From an uncultured Acidobacteriota bacterium (lineage in GTDB: Bacteria; Acidobacteriota; Thermoanaerobaculia; Multivoradales; JAHEKO01): 64,000 nt of DNA. The position numbers and the translations under genes are program-made. The stretch lies in NCBI GenBank assembly GCA_963713825.1, contig CAVQNG010000003.1, positions 1,440,001 through 1,504,000 on the forward strand, given 5' to 3'. Shown here in pieces: positions 18,638 to 28,625 of the stretch (position 1 is its first letter; each line of letters opens with the position of its first letter). Below the pieces are notes generated by a model. The model was not told the origin of the DNA. It was given only the letters and a program-made list of their open reading frames with translations, and searched no databases.

Positions 18638-18659
18638 AAAGCCAGCCGGACCGTCGCCG

Positions 18660-20855
18660 ATGCCGTCGAATTCCGCCCTCGATCTCGAGCGCGCCCTGAA
18701 CCCTGAGCAGGCTGCCGCCGTCACTCACGGTGACGGGCCCCAGTTGGTACTGGCGGGGGCGGGTTCCGGCAAGACTCGGGTCATCACCTATCGAGTCGCC
18801 TGGCTGGTCCAGGAGCGCCACGTCGATCCTTCGCAGATCGTCGCGATGACCTTTACGAACAAGGCTGCGGGCGAGATGCGGGACCGAGTCCAAGATCTCC
18901 TCGGCCTACATCCATTACCGACGTTCGTCGGCACGTTTCATCGATTCGCTCTCGGCCTGTTGCGACGTCACGGCAAGCACGTCGGCGTCGACCCGAGCTT
19001 CGCGATTTTCGACAGCTCCGATCAGCTGTCCCTGGTGAAGAAGGCCCTGGCTGAAGAGAACCTCTCGGAGTCGGCCTTTCCGCCGCGCTCGATGTTGGGC
19101 ACCATCAGCGCGGCGAAGAATCGACTGCTCGACGCGGAGACCTACGCGGCGGCGGCCGAGAACTTCTACGAGAAGCAGGCGGCCAAAGTGTATCGGCAGT
19201 ACCAACGCCTCTTGATCCAATCGTCGGGGGTGGACTTCGACGACATGCTGCGGTTGGCCGTCAAGTTGTTGACGACCGAGGAGGGTATCCGAGACCGTCT
19301 GCGGCAGCGAATCCGGTACCTACTGGTCGATGAGTTCCAGGACACGAACCATGCCCAGATGCGGATGGTGCAGGAGATCGTCGCCGCGGCCGGGAACCTG
19401 ACCGCGGTCGGTGATGAAGATCAGGGAATCTACCGCTGGCGCGGTGCCGATCTCGACAACGTGCTCAACTTCGAGCAGGCGTTCCCGGGCGCCGTGGTCC
19501 GAGCGCTGGAGCAGAATTATCGGTCGACACAGAACATCCTCGACACCGCTGGCGAGCTGGTGGCGCACAACCAGCGCCGACGCGGTAAGCGGCTCTGGAC
19601 GGAGGCGGGCGAAGGCAGCAAAGTGGAGCTCTATCGTGCGCGCGACGACCAGGACGAAGCACGCTGGATCCTGAACACGTTCGAGGGGCTGCGAGGCCAG
19701 ATTCCGCTGCGCGAGATGGGAATCCTGGTGCGGACCAACGCCCAGACCCGAGCTTTCGAGGAAGAGCTTCTGAAGAGGCAGATTCCCTACGAGCTGGTCG
19801 GTGGTGTGCGTTTCTACGAGCGCGCCGAGATCAAGGATGTCGTGGCCTATCTGCGAGTCCTGCGCAACCCGAGAGACAACTTCTCGTTGACCCGGATCCT
19901 GAACCGACCAGCGAGGGGTATCGGCAAGGCAACACAAGACATGCTGATCCAGATGTCGGCGGAGCATGGGAACTCGCTGTGGGAGACGCTCCGACACGCA
20001 GAGCTGGCGAGTCTGCCAGCTCGAAGCGGCAAGGCGCTGGGTCGATTCCGTGATCTGCTCCAGTCGCTACGCGACGGCCTGGATGAGACGCCCCTACCCG
20101 TGGTGCTGGAGCGTCTTCTCGACCAGACTGGCTACCTGGATCACTATGACAAGGACGACCCTGAGCTTCGCGCCAAGCTGGAGAATCTGGAAGAGCTGGT
20201 GACGGCGGCACAGGAGTTCACCGAAGAAACCGACTGGAGCGACGAGGCCGATCTGCTGAGTGCCTTTCTCGACCACATCTCACTGGTCAGCGACATCGAT
20301 GAGTGGCGCCGAGAGCAGGGCATCTCGCTGATGACGTTGCACAGCGCGAAGGGCCTGGAGTTCGAAGCCGTCTGCGTTGCCGGGCTCGAAGATGGGCTGC
20401 TACCTCACTTCAACAGTGGTGGCACTCAGGACGAGATCGAGGAGGAGAGGCGGTTGCTCTATGTTGGCATGACGCGCGCCAAGCAGCGCCTCTTCTTGAC
20501 CGGGTGCCGGCGTCGCCGCATCGCGGGTCGGTACCAGGATCAGCAGGAGTCTCCCTTCCTACTTGAGATTCCCGGGAAAGATCTGGTAATCAGCGAGAGC
20601 CCCGAGTTGTTCTACGACAGTCGAACGCGGGGTGCGTACGGTTTCTTCGGCCGGCGCGAGCCCGTTGAGATCGAGCCGGAAGTCGTAACTGGCGACGCCC
20701 TGCGACGTGGCCGACGAGTACGCCATCCGACACTCGGCGAAGGCGTCCTCATGGAGCTCGAAGGCGAGGGAGACAACGCCAAATTGACCGTCTTCTTCGA
20801 CCGCTCGGGCAAGAGGAAATTGGTGGCCAAGTACGCCAATCTGGAGCTGTTGTAG
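18660..20855 (+). CDS. pcrA: UvrD/PcrA ATP-dependent DNA helicase
   Basis: AGAGSGKT, TFTNKAA, VDEFQDTN, QNYRST, TLHSAKGLEF, EEERRLLYVGMTRA, Tudor-like C-terminus. Confidence 0.93.
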   Translation: MPSNSALDLERALNPEQAAAVTHGDGPQLVLAGAGSGKTRVITYRVAWLVQERHVDPSQIVAMTFTNKAAGEMRDRVQDLLGLHPLPTFVGTFHRFALGLLRRHGKHVGVDPSFAIFDSSDQLSLVKKALAEENLSESAFPPRSMLGTISAAKNRLLDAETYAAAAENFYEKQAAKVYRQYQRLLIQSSGVDFDDMLRLAVKLLTTEEGIRDRLRQRIRYLLVDEFQDTNHAQMRMVQEIVAAAGNLTAVGDEDQGIYRWRGADLDNVLNFEQAFPGAVVRALEQNYRSTQNILDTAGELVAHNQRRRGKRLWTEAGEGSKVELYRARDDQDEARWILNTFEGLRGQIPLREMGILVRTNAQTRAFEEELLKRQIPYELVGGVRFYERAEIKDVVAYLRVLRNPRDNFSLTRILNRPARGIGKATQDMLIQMSAEHGNSLWETLRHAELASLPARSGKALGRFRDLLQSLRDGLDETPLPVVLERLLDQTGYLDHYDKDDPELRAKLENLEELVTAAQEFTEETDWSDEADLLSAFLDHISLVSDIDEWRREQGISLMTLHSAKGLEFEAVCVAGLEDGLLPHFNSGGTQDEIEEERRLLYVGMTRAKQRLFLTGCRRRRIAGRYQDQQESPFLLEIPGKDLVISESPELFYDSRTRGAYGFFGRREPVEIEPEVVTGDALRRGRRVRHPTLGEGVLMELEGEGDNAKLTVFFDRSGKRKLVAKYANLELL

Positions 20856-20875
20856 GGAGTGCTCGCGTCCCGGGA

Positions 20876-21466
20876 CTATTCTGCCGGCAGGTGGTCGCTG
20901 CGCAGGATCGCATAGAGGTAGTTGTCGATCCTGTCACCGTCCATCACGAAGTAACCTCTGAGGCGACCCTCCTGGCGAAAGCCTAGCTTCTCGAGCACCC
21001 TTTGTGACCCATAGTTTCGGGTATCGCAGCGGGCCTCGATTCGCTCCAGGGGAGAGTTGAGGAAGAGGTCTGCCAGAAGAAGTTGAAGCGCCAGCGCCAT
21101 GATGCCGCGTTTCTGGAAGGGCGTCGAAAGTGCATAGCCGATCTCGGCCAATCCATGGTCCCAATTGGTGATCACGAGCGTCAGCCAGCCAGCCGGCTGT
21201 TCATCGCACCGAATGATCCACTGAAACTTATCCCCTTGCCCGTGGTAGAGGTCACTGATCCTCTGCCGCACGAGCTCGGCGCTCAGCTGTCCGAGTGAGG
21301 CTTCGCCGAGGGGCTGGAATCGTCGCACAGTGGGCTGCCGACGCCAATCGCGGAGCAGACTGGCATCGCCCGGGACCGCAGGTCTGAGTGAGACGCGCGG
21401 GGCCTGGGCTTCGGCCTGGGGATGCAGGACCGATCTGGGCGCGTCTGTCGAATGGGCAGTCGTCAT
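20876..21466 (-). CDS. GNAT (RimJ/RimL-like) acetyltransferase
   Basis: AEIGYAL...QKRGI...NYGSQRVLEKLGFRQEGRLR. Confidence 0.88.
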   Translation of the reverse strand: MTTAHSTDAPRSVLHPQAEAQAPRVSLRPAVPGDASLLRDWRRQPTVRRFQPLGEASLGQLSAELVRQRISDLYHGQGDKFQWIIRCDEQPAGWLTLVITNWDHGLAEIGYALSTPFQKRGIMALALQLLLADLFLNSPLERIEARCDTRNYGSQRVLEKLGFRQEGRLRGYFVMDGDRIDNYLYAILRSDHLPAE

Positions 21467-23010
21467 ATCCCGAGCTCCGCTGCGGCCTCGTCGGTACTGG
21501 TGGCCAGACGCGCCGGCGGTGCTTCCGGGTCGTCGAACCTACGGGTTACTCGCTCGTGTTGGAGAGTCAGATAGGTCATATAGCAGTAGCCGTGCAGGAA
21601 GAGGTAGAGAAACGGCAGGGAAAACCACATCCCCAGGCTACAGGCCACAGTAAAACACAAGATCATGTATCCCGCGAGGAGCAATTCGAAGATTGCGGTC
21701 TTCGTACGGCAGGATTGATATCGCTTGCCGAGCCAACGATCGGCACGACCTTCGATGCAGTATTTGGGAGTGCGCTGGAAAACCCCGCCATCATGCAGCA
21801 AGCCAGAGAAGACAGCGTGGGTGTTGTTGACTGCCAGGCCGACGCCCAGCCCCATCAGAAGCGGAATGGTGCCGAGGCTGCGCCACCGGTTGGCTCCGAC
21901 GACCTGCTGACTGATGACATAGAACAAGACGATGGCGCCCGTCGCGCCGAGAAAGATGGGCAGATCGAGCAGCACCAGCATCCTGGGGTCGGCGTCCCGT
22001 CTCAGGTACATGGCGGGGAACATGAGTAGCGAGAGCAGGATCATCAGCGGATAGCAGGCGTTGCTGGTTAGATGAATCAACGCCTCGACTTTGATGGGTG
22101 TGGCGATCGAGGAGCGCAGAATCCTATCGAGGAGCTTCCGGGCAGTTTGAATCGAGCCCTTCGCCCATCGAAACTGCTGGCTCTTGAAGGCGTGAATGTC
22201 GACGGGCAGCTCGGCTGGAGCGGTGACGGCAGGTAGGAAGAGGAAGTGCCAGCCGCGAAGTTGAGCGCGAAAGGAGAGATCCAGATCTTCGGTGAGGGTG
22301 TCGTGCTGCCAGCCTCCCGCATCGACGATCGCCTCTTTCCTCCAAAGGCCAGCGGTGCCGTTGAAGTTGAAGAACCGGCCCGAGGCATGCCTCGCCGCGT
22401 GCTCGATGGCGAAGTGTCCATCGAGGAGAATCGCTTGAATTCTCGTCAGCAGTGAGAAGCGTCGATTGATGTGCTCCCATCGTGCCTGGACCATACCGAT
22501 GCCGGGATCGGCAAAGTATGGAACCGTTCGTTTGAGGAAATCCGGGCGCGGCGAGAAATCCGCATCGAAGACCGCCAAGAGGTTGCCTCGAGACCTGGCC
22601 AGCCCGTTCTCCAGCGCTCCGGCCTTGAATCCGTGCCGGTGGGTGCGGTGCAGATGGTGGATGTGAAAACCGTTGGCCAAATAGTGCTGCACTCGTTCGG
22701 CAACGATGTCCGCGGTCTCGTCGGTCGAGTCGTCGAGGACCTGGATCTCGAGACGATCTCTGGGGTAGTCCAGGCGGCAGACCGAGTCGATAAGCCTCGA
22801 CGCAACGTACATTTCATTGAAGAGTGGCAGCTGAATCGTCACCATGGGCCAGTGCGTCGGTTCAGCAGTCGGTGGATTCAACCGATGGCGATTTCGGTAG
22901 TAAAGTGCCAGCAACAACAGGCGATGGGAGCCGTAGATCGCCAGACTTCCCAAGGTCAGGTAATAGATTGCCAGCAGAACTTTCTCGAAAAGAATCTCCA
23001 TCCCCGTCAT
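21463..23010 (-). CDS. GT2 glycosyltransferase (cellulose-synthase-like)
   Basis: TIQLPLFNE, VLDDSTD, FKAGAL, FDADF, TEDLD, QQFRW. Confidence 0.92.
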   Translation of the reverse strand: MTGMEILFEKVLLAIYYLTLGSLAIYGSHRLLLLALYYRNRHRLNPPTAEPTHWPMVTIQLPLFNEMYVASRLIDSVCRLDYPRDRLEIQVLDDSTDETADIVAERVQHYLANGFHIHHLHRTHRHGFKAGALENGLARSRGNLLAVFDADFSPRPDFLKRTVPYFADPGIGMVQARWEHINRRFSLLTRIQAILLDGHFAIEHAARHASGRFFNFNGTAGLWRKEAIVDAGGWQHDTLTEDLDLSFRAQLRGWHFLFLPAVTAPAELPVDIHAFKSQQFRWAKGSIQTARKLLDRILRSSIATPIKVEALIHLTSNACYPLMILLSLLMFPAMYLRRDADPRMLVLLDLPIFLGATGAIVLFYVISQQVVGANRWRSLGTIPLLMGLGVGLAVNNTHAVFSGLLHDGGVFQRTPKYCIEGRADRWLGKRYQSCRTKTAIFELLLAGYMILCFTVACSLGMWFSLPFLYLFLHGYCYMTYLTLQHERVTRRFDDPEAPPARLATSTDEAAAELGI

Positions 23011-23057
23011 CTCTGTTCGGTACGCTCGATCTCCGGTCTCTTGTACGAATCGGCTGG

Positions 23058-24359
23058 GTGCCCATCCTAGCCCATGCCGGCCTGCTGCTGACGTGGGATC
23101 TCGCGGCGCATCTCGGGGCTGCCCTGTGCTGGTTGGCGGTCGGCTTTCTCGGATTGGCCCTGGGGAGTCGGCACCTTGCCAAGATGAAAGCGCCGAGCGG
23201 TGCGCTGGTCCTGGCGGTGGCCATCGTGGTTCGTTTGCTGATGCTGCCGTTGCCGTCGACGCTTTCCGATGACATCCAGCGCTACCTGTGGGATGGCAAG
23301 GTCGCCACCGCCGGCATCAGTCCGTACCTCTACGAGCCGAATGCGCCCGAGGTGAGCGGGCTGCGGGACGAGGCCTGGGAGCAGCTCCCGCATCGGCATG
23401 TGCCGACGGTCTATCCGCCACTTGCCTTGGCTCTGTTCAGCGTGGCAGCCAACCTTCCAGCACCGGTCTTCGCCCTCAAGCTGCTGCTGACCCTGTTCGA
23501 TCTGGTGACCTGTGTGCTGTTGCTGATTCTGGCTCGGATAGTAGGTCTGCCCACCCACCGGGTTGTCTGGTACGCCTGGAATCCGTTGGTTTCGCTGGAA
23601 GTCGCAGGCATGGGGCATGTCGATGCCCTGGGTGTGACCTGCATGGTGTTGTTGGTAGTTTGCCTGAGCCACTACCCCAAGCGGGTTGCCGGGGCGGCGT
23701 TGGCAGCGGCGGCAGGGGTACTGGCGAAGCTGATTCCGGTTGTGGGTTTCCCGGTCTGGGCCCGCCAAAGTGGACGGCCACTCCTCTTCCTGTCGCTCGC
23801 TATCGGGGTTTCGCTGATGGCCCTGGTGCCGGTCGTCGTTTCCACGGGTGGGGTACCGACGGGTGTCGTCACCTTCGGCATTCGTTGGGAATTCAATGGC
23901 CCTCTCTTCGAGCCTCTGTGGCGACTTGCCGCCAGCCTCGATGTTCCCTCGGCTGCGAGCAGGCTGCTCGATTGGCTCAAGATCCAGACCGGTGAGCACG
24001 ACTTCTTCAATCACTTCTATCCTCTCAACTACCCGCAACTCTGGGCCAAATTGGTCCTGGGAATCGCGTTGCTGGCGGCAATCGCCGTTGCTGTCGTGCG
24101 ACAACCGCGTCTCGCAGGCATGCAATGGATCTTCGGCAGCATCATCCTGTGCTCGGCAACCGTCTATCCGTGGTACCTGCTTTGGATCCTGCCCTGGGCT
24201 GCCCTGCTTGGGAATCGGGCCTGGTTGCTCGCCTCCGCCACCGTGATCCTGTCGTATATTCCCCAGTTCACGGATGTAGCGCTCTTTCCGTGGATCTATC
24301 TGGCGGTTTGGCTGCCTCCCTTTGCGGTTTGGATCCGACAACGATGGTTTTCCGACTGA
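23058..24359 (+). CDS. Polytopic GT-C-type (GT87-like) membrane glycosyltransferase (start approximate)
   Basis: SDDIQRYLWDG, TVYPP, YAWNPL, GHVD, VYPWY motifs; hydrophobic. Confidence 0.7.
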   Translation: MPILAHAGLLLTWDLAAHLGAALCWLAVGFLGLALGSRHLAKMKAPSGALVLAVAIVVRLLMLPLPSTLSDDIQRYLWDGKVATAGISPYLYEPNAPEVSGLRDEAWEQLPHRHVPTVYPPLALALFSVAANLPAPVFALKLLLTLFDLVTCVLLLILARIVGLPTHRVVWYAWNPLVSLEVAGMGHVDALGVTCMVLLVVCLSHYPKRVAGAALAAAAGVLAKLIPVVGFPVWARQSGRPLLFLSLAIGVSLMALVPVVVSTGGVPTGVVTFGIRWEFNGPLFEPLWRLAASLDVPSAASRLLDWLKIQTGEHDFFNHFYPLNYPQLWAKLVLGIALLAAIAVAVVRQPRLAGMQWIFGSIILCSATVYPWYLLWILPWAALLGNRAWLLASATVILSYIPQFTDVALFPWIYLAVWLPPFAVWIRQRWFSD

Positions 24360-25132
24360 CGCTCTCGTATCGCGGTACTTCATACGCCGGCTGGCAGCGG
24401 CAGAACAACGCCACCACGGTCCAGCAGGTCGTGGAGGAAGCGTTGAGCAACTTATTGGCTCAGCCCGTCCCGATTGTCGGGGCCAGCCGAACCGACGCCG
24501 GCGTGCATGCTCGAGGACAGGTCGTCCATTTGGAGCTACCCATCGACTTTTCGACACGAGGTCTGATTCACGGCGCCAATCAGCGCCTTCCCGAGGACAT
24601 ACGGATCATGGCAGCGGAGCGGATGCCTGAGGGCTTTCACGCCCGCAAGCACGCCGCGAGCAAGTTGTATTGCTACCGGTATGTCCAGACTCCGATCCTC
24701 GCACCACTGGACAGCCTGTTCGCTGTTCATCTACCCCATGAGGTCGACCTGGACGCGATGGTGCGAGCATCCGAGCACCTGCTCGGTGAGCACGACTTCA
24801 CCGCCTTTGCACTCTCCGGGGGGAGCCACACCCAGCCAGTACGCCGCATTGACGAGGCGAACTGGCAGACTGCTAACTGGCAGACCGGCGGTGCAAGCGT
24901 GATGGAGTTTCGAGTTGTCGGTAGTGGCTTCTTGCGAGGAATGGTGCGCTCCATGGTCGGCACTCTGCTGGAGGTGGGTAAGGGGCAGCGTCGAGTCGAT
25001 GACATTCCCCGTCTCCTTCAAGGACGCCCGCGATCCGAGGCGGGCCCGACCGCACCGGCGCGCGGCCTGACCCTGGAAGAGGTCCGCTATCCCCAGGATT
25101 GGAGCCCGCTCGAGGAGCAGGAGAACCACTGA
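24344..25132 (+). CDS. truA: tRNA pseudouridine(38-40) synthase
   Basis: YRGTSYAGWQRQ, ASRTDAGVHARGQ, GEHDF, FLRGMVR, TAPARGL. Confidence 0.96.
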   Translation: MVFRLTLSYRGTSYAGWQRQNNATTVQQVVEEALSNLLAQPVPIVGASRTDAGVHARGQVVHLELPIDFSTRGLIHGANQRLPEDIRIMAAERMPEGFHARKHAASKLYCYRYVQTPILAPLDSLFAVHLPHEVDLDAMVRASEHLLGEHDFTAFALSGGSHTQPVRRIDEANWQTANWQTGGASVMEFRVVGSGFLRGMVRSMVGTLLEVGKGQRRVDDIPRLLQGRPRSEAGPTAPARGLTLEEVRYPQDWSPLEEQENH

Positions 25133-25192
25133 TCTGACTGTCGGCCGGACTCCGGGGTCGCCGCACGGTGTGCTAGATTACTGCCGCACGAA

Positions 25193-25996
25193 ATGCCTGA
25201 TTTTTCGAAGGTAGCGCCAGCTGGCTCGCCTGAAGAGCACCTCCTGCGTCGACTGGATCGATCGCGGCTGCCGCGCCATGTGGCCATCATCATGGATGGA
25301 AACGGTCGCTGGGCGAAGAGTCGTGGCCTGCCGAGAGTAGAGGGCCACAGGGCAGGAGTGGCGGCTGTGCGGGACGTCATCGAGGCCGCGGCCCAGCTCG
25401 GGATCGAAGTCCTTACCCTCTATGCCTTCTCGGTCGAGAATTGGAAGCGACCACGCTACGAGGTCTGGGCTCTCATGAATCTACTCAAGGACTACCTGCG
25501 GCGGGAGTTGTCGAACCTGGTGGAAAACGGCATTCGACTGCACCTCCTGGGCCGCTGGCGTGAGCTGGACCCCTCGGTCGTTGGCGAGTTGGAGCGGGCC
25601 TTGGAGGCCACCGCCGATTGTCAGGGCATGCAGCTCAACATCGCCCTCAACTACTCGGGTCGGTGCGAGATCGTCGACGCCTGCCGTGACATCGTGGCCG
25701 ACTGGGCTGGCGGCGAGAGCGTCGAGATCGACGAAGAAACGATAGGGCGCTACCTGTACACCTCCGGTCTTCCCGACCCCGATCTGCTGATTCGAAGCTC
25801 TGGAGAGCAGCGTGTGAGCAACTTCCTGCTCTGGCAGATTGCCTACGCAGAGATCTGGATGACCGAAACTCTATGGCCTGACTTTCGTAGGCGACATCTA
25901 CTGGAGGCTGTACTCGACTTCCAATCCCGGGATCGTCGATTTGGTGCAGTTGTCGAGGCCGACGAGGAGCCGAAGGCAGATCGGACTTCGGCCTGA
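25193..25996 (+). CDS. uppS: Undecaprenyl diphosphate synthase
   Basis: HVAIIMDGNGRWA, YAFSVENWKRP, DLLIRSSGEQRVSNFLLWQ. Confidence 0.97.
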   Translation: MPDFSKVAPAGSPEEHLLRRLDRSRLPRHVAIIMDGNGRWAKSRGLPRVEGHRAGVAAVRDVIEAAAQLGIEVLTLYAFSVENWKRPRYEVWALMNLLKDYLRRELSNLVENGIRLHLLGRWRELDPSVVGELERALEATADCQGMQLNIALNYSGRCEIVDACRDIVADWAGGESVEIDEETIGRYLYTSGLPDPDLLIRSSGEQRVSNFLLWQIAYAEIWMTETLWPDFRRRHLLEAVLDFQSRDRRFGAVVEADEEPKADRTSA

Positions 25997-26041
25997 TCGG
26001 CTGACAGAGCCGTAACCTATCTACCTGGAGCAGGTTCGATC

Positions 26042-26869
26042 ATGCAGCGTCTACTAACTGCCCTGGTCTGCATTCCCATTGCCCTGCTGGCGGTATTCCG
26101 CCTGCCCGGAGGCTGGTTCCTGCTCGGCGTTGTGGCACTGATCGAGCTCGCCGTCCTCGAGTACATCAAGATTGGAGAGCATTGGGCACCCGGTGGTGTT
26201 CTCCGGTCCCTGCTCGTGCTGGTGCCCGTAACGACCTTTCTGTTGGCCGGTAGCCTCCTGCCGTCGGACCTTGGCGGTCTCGAGTCTGCACTCGTGTGGT
26301 TGGCGTTGCTTCTGATGACGGTAGGCTCGGGAACCCTGGCAATCTCGGCCCGAGCCCCGATCGAACAGGGCGCCGCTTCTGTGGGCTTGCTCGCTTTTGG
26401 GATGCTGTACTTCGCGCTACCTGCGGCCAGCTTGTACGGGCTCCAGGCCTTCGATCCCTGGGTCCTCGTGCTGCTGCTCGCTATTGTCTGGCTGGGCGAC
26501 AGCGGTGCGTACTACATCGGCAAGACTTGGGGTCGGCACAAGCTGGCGCCGAGAGTCAGTCCGAACAAGACCTGGGAAGGGGCGATCGCCAACATCGCTG
26601 CCGGAATGCTGGCCGCCACCGCCTGGAGCTATTGGCGCCTGGGAGAAGTCGATGGCTGGATTCTCCTCTTGGCTGCTCTAGTCTCGACTGCGGCGCAGAT
26701 CGGTGATCTCGCGGAGTCGCTGCTGAAACGCGGTGCTGGTGTCAAAGACTCGGGCCAGATCCTGCCGGGACACGGTGGAATGCTGGACAGGATGGACGCT
26801 CTTCTCTTTGCGGCGCCGGTGATGTGGGTCGGCGTCGAGCTGTTGGGTGCCGGCAGGATGCTGCCTTGA
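26042..26869 (+). CDS. cdsA: Phosphatidate cytidylyltransferase
   Basis: SPNKTWEG, GDLAESLLKRGAGVKDSG..LPGHGGMLDR. Confidence 0.96.
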   Translation: MQRLLTALVCIPIALLAVFRLPGGWFLLGVVALIELAVLEYIKIGEHWAPGGVLRSLLVLVPVTTFLLAGSLLPSDLGGLESALVWLALLLMTVGSGTLAISARAPIEQGAASVGLLAFGMLYFALPAASLYGLQAFDPWVLVLLLAIVWLGDSGAYYIGKTWGRHKLAPRVSPNKTWEGAIANIAAGMLAATAWSYWRLGEVDGWILLLAALVSTAAQIGDLAESLLKRGAGVKDSGQILPGHGGMLDRMDALLFAAPVMWVGVELLGAGRMLP

Positions 26870-28020
26870 GTCGACGAATCGCGCTTCTGGGCTCGACCGG
26901 GTCCATCGGTGAGAGCACACTGCAGGTCATCCTCCATCATCCGGACCGACTCTGTGTCGAGGCGCTGGCCGCTCATGGGAGCAAGCTGGACCGCCTCGAA
27001 GAGCAAGTCCGAGAGTTTCGCCCCAGCCTAGTGGCTGTGCATGATCCGCAGAAAGCGGCTGAGCTCCAAGATCGGGTTGGTGCCACGGCAAAGGTGGTCT
27101 CCGGAGAGGCGGGGCTTGTCGAGGTTGCTCGCTTGGAAGGGGTGGATCTGGTTGTGGCGGCCGTAGTGGGTGCCGCCGGGTTGCCTGCCACCTACGCAGC
27201 CCTGGAGGCCGGGAAGGACGTTGCGCTGGCCAACAAGGAGTCCCTTGTCGTCGCCGGCAAACTGCTCAAGGAGGTAGCCCGGGCCTCAGGGGCCCAGCTC
27301 CTGCCGATCGACAGCGAGCACGTGGCGCTGCATCAGTCGCTGCGCTCGGGTCGCTCGAGCGAGGTCCACCGACTCATGCTGACCGCCTCCGGGGGCCCCT
27401 TTCGAACGCGGGACTTTGCGACCTGGAATGAGATCAGGCCTGAAGAGGCCCTTCGTCACCCGACCTGGCGGATGGGGGCGAAGATCAGCATCGACTCGGC
27501 CACGCTGATGAACAAGGGGCTGGAGCTGATCGAGGCTCACCACCTCTTCGACGTACCTCCGGACAGGATCGAAGTCGTGGTCCACCCGCAATCCATCGTG
27601 CATTCGCTGGTGGAGTATCGGGACGGCAGCTGGCTGGCGCAGATGTCGGTCAACGACATGATCTTCCCCATTCAGTACGCCCTCTCCTATCCCGATCGCT
27701 GGGAGAACGAGTTCGAGCGCCTGGAGCCGCACCAATTGGGCCGTCTAGAGTTCGAGCCGGTCGATGCCCAGCGCTTCCCGAGTGTCGACTTGGCTCGTGC
27801 AACCCTGTCGATGGGTGACTCCGCTCCAGCGGTGCTGAATGCTGCCAACGAGGTGGCTGTCCGCGGCTTTCTGGAAGGCCGGATTCCGTTCCCGGCAATC
27901 GTCGCAACGGCAGAGCGGGTTCTGGAGTCGTGCGAGCCTGGACCGATCACCAGCTTGGACGATGCCCTACAGTACGACGCCTGGGGTAGGGCCCGGGCAC
28001 GAGAGCTCCTCGAGCTCTAG
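26866..28020 (+). CDS. dxr: 1-deoxy-D-xylulose-5-phosphate reductoisomerase
   Basis: LGSTGSIG, LANKES, PIDSEH, LTASGGPF, HPTW.MG.KISIDSAT, NAANE; TTG overlapping cdsA stop. Confidence 0.97.
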   Translation: MSRRIALLGSTGSIGESTLQVILHHPDRLCVEALAAHGSKLDRLEEQVREFRPSLVAVHDPQKAAELQDRVGATAKVVSGEAGLVEVARLEGVDLVVAAVVGAAGLPATYAALEAGKDVALANKESLVVAGKLLKEVARASGAQLLPIDSEHVALHQSLRSGRSSEVHRLMLTASGGPFRTRDFATWNEIRPEEALRHPTWRMGAKISIDSATLMNKGLELIEAHHLFDVPPDRIEVVVHPQSIVHSLVEYRDGSWLAQMSVNDMIFPIQYALSYPDRWENEFERLEPHQLGRLEFEPVDAQRFPSVDLARATLSMGDSAPAVLNAANEVAVRGFLEGRIPFPAIVATAERVLESCEPGPITSLDDALQYDAWGRARARELLEL

Positions 28021-28050
28021 GCCCTGGGGAAGAGCCGCGACTCTCGGGAC

Positions 28051-28578
28051 TCACATGGCCCACAGGTGCCCGGTGTTGACCGGTTTGCCTTGCAGCTTGA
28101 GGTAGTAAAAGAGCTGCCCTTTGTGTTGCAGCGAGTGACGAAGCGAGTGCAGGAGGTGCCTGCCCAGTGCGAACGTCTCGGCTGGATTCCAGGGCGCCGC
28201 AATCTCTCGCTGCGCCAGGTCTGCTTCGTCTACGCTTCGCAGCACCGCGAGAGCCTGCTCTCTGTCCTTGGCGAGCAGCTCCCGGGCGTGCGCCACGCTC
28301 TCCACGGTCGCCATTTTCTCTGCCGGTGGCAGCATCTCTTCAGGCTCCATGTCGTCCAAGCTCATGCCATCAGGCATGCCCCAGTCACCGGTGACGAAGC
28401 CATGGAATCCTGGACCATTGGAGGTGGCGGTGTGCATCATGACTTGCCCCATGGTCATCCAGTTCTCACCGGTGGCCGGCTTCCAGTCGAGTGCTGCATC
28501 GTCGGCGACCGCGAACAGCGCGTCGGTGCCGCGGTAGAGGTACTCCAGTTCTGCGGTCAGTAAATCGGTCCAGTTCAT
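28051..28578 (-). CDS. DinB-family protein
   Basis: LDWKP...MTMGQVMMH...HSLQHKGQLFYYLKLQG. Confidence 0.85.
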   Translation of the reverse strand: MNWTDLLTAELEYLYRGTDALFAVADDAALDWKPATGENWMTMGQVMMHTATSNGPGFHGFVTGDWGMPDGMSLDDMEPEEMLPPAEKMATVESVAHARELLAKDREQALAVLRSVDEADLAQREIAAPWNPAETFALGRHLLHSLRHSLQHKGQLFYYLKLQGKPVNTGHLWAM

Positions 28579-28625
28579 GGCGTCCCCTTTCTGTTGAGTT
28601 CCAAGAAGATTCTACTGGCCTCAAA

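Noticed and set aside
23067-24557. 496-aa antisense ORF and other long shadow ORFs (e.g. 16805-17734, 35776-36741, 49683-50582)
   Set aside because: They lie opposite well-supported genes; long antisense frames are expected at this GC content and show no motifs.
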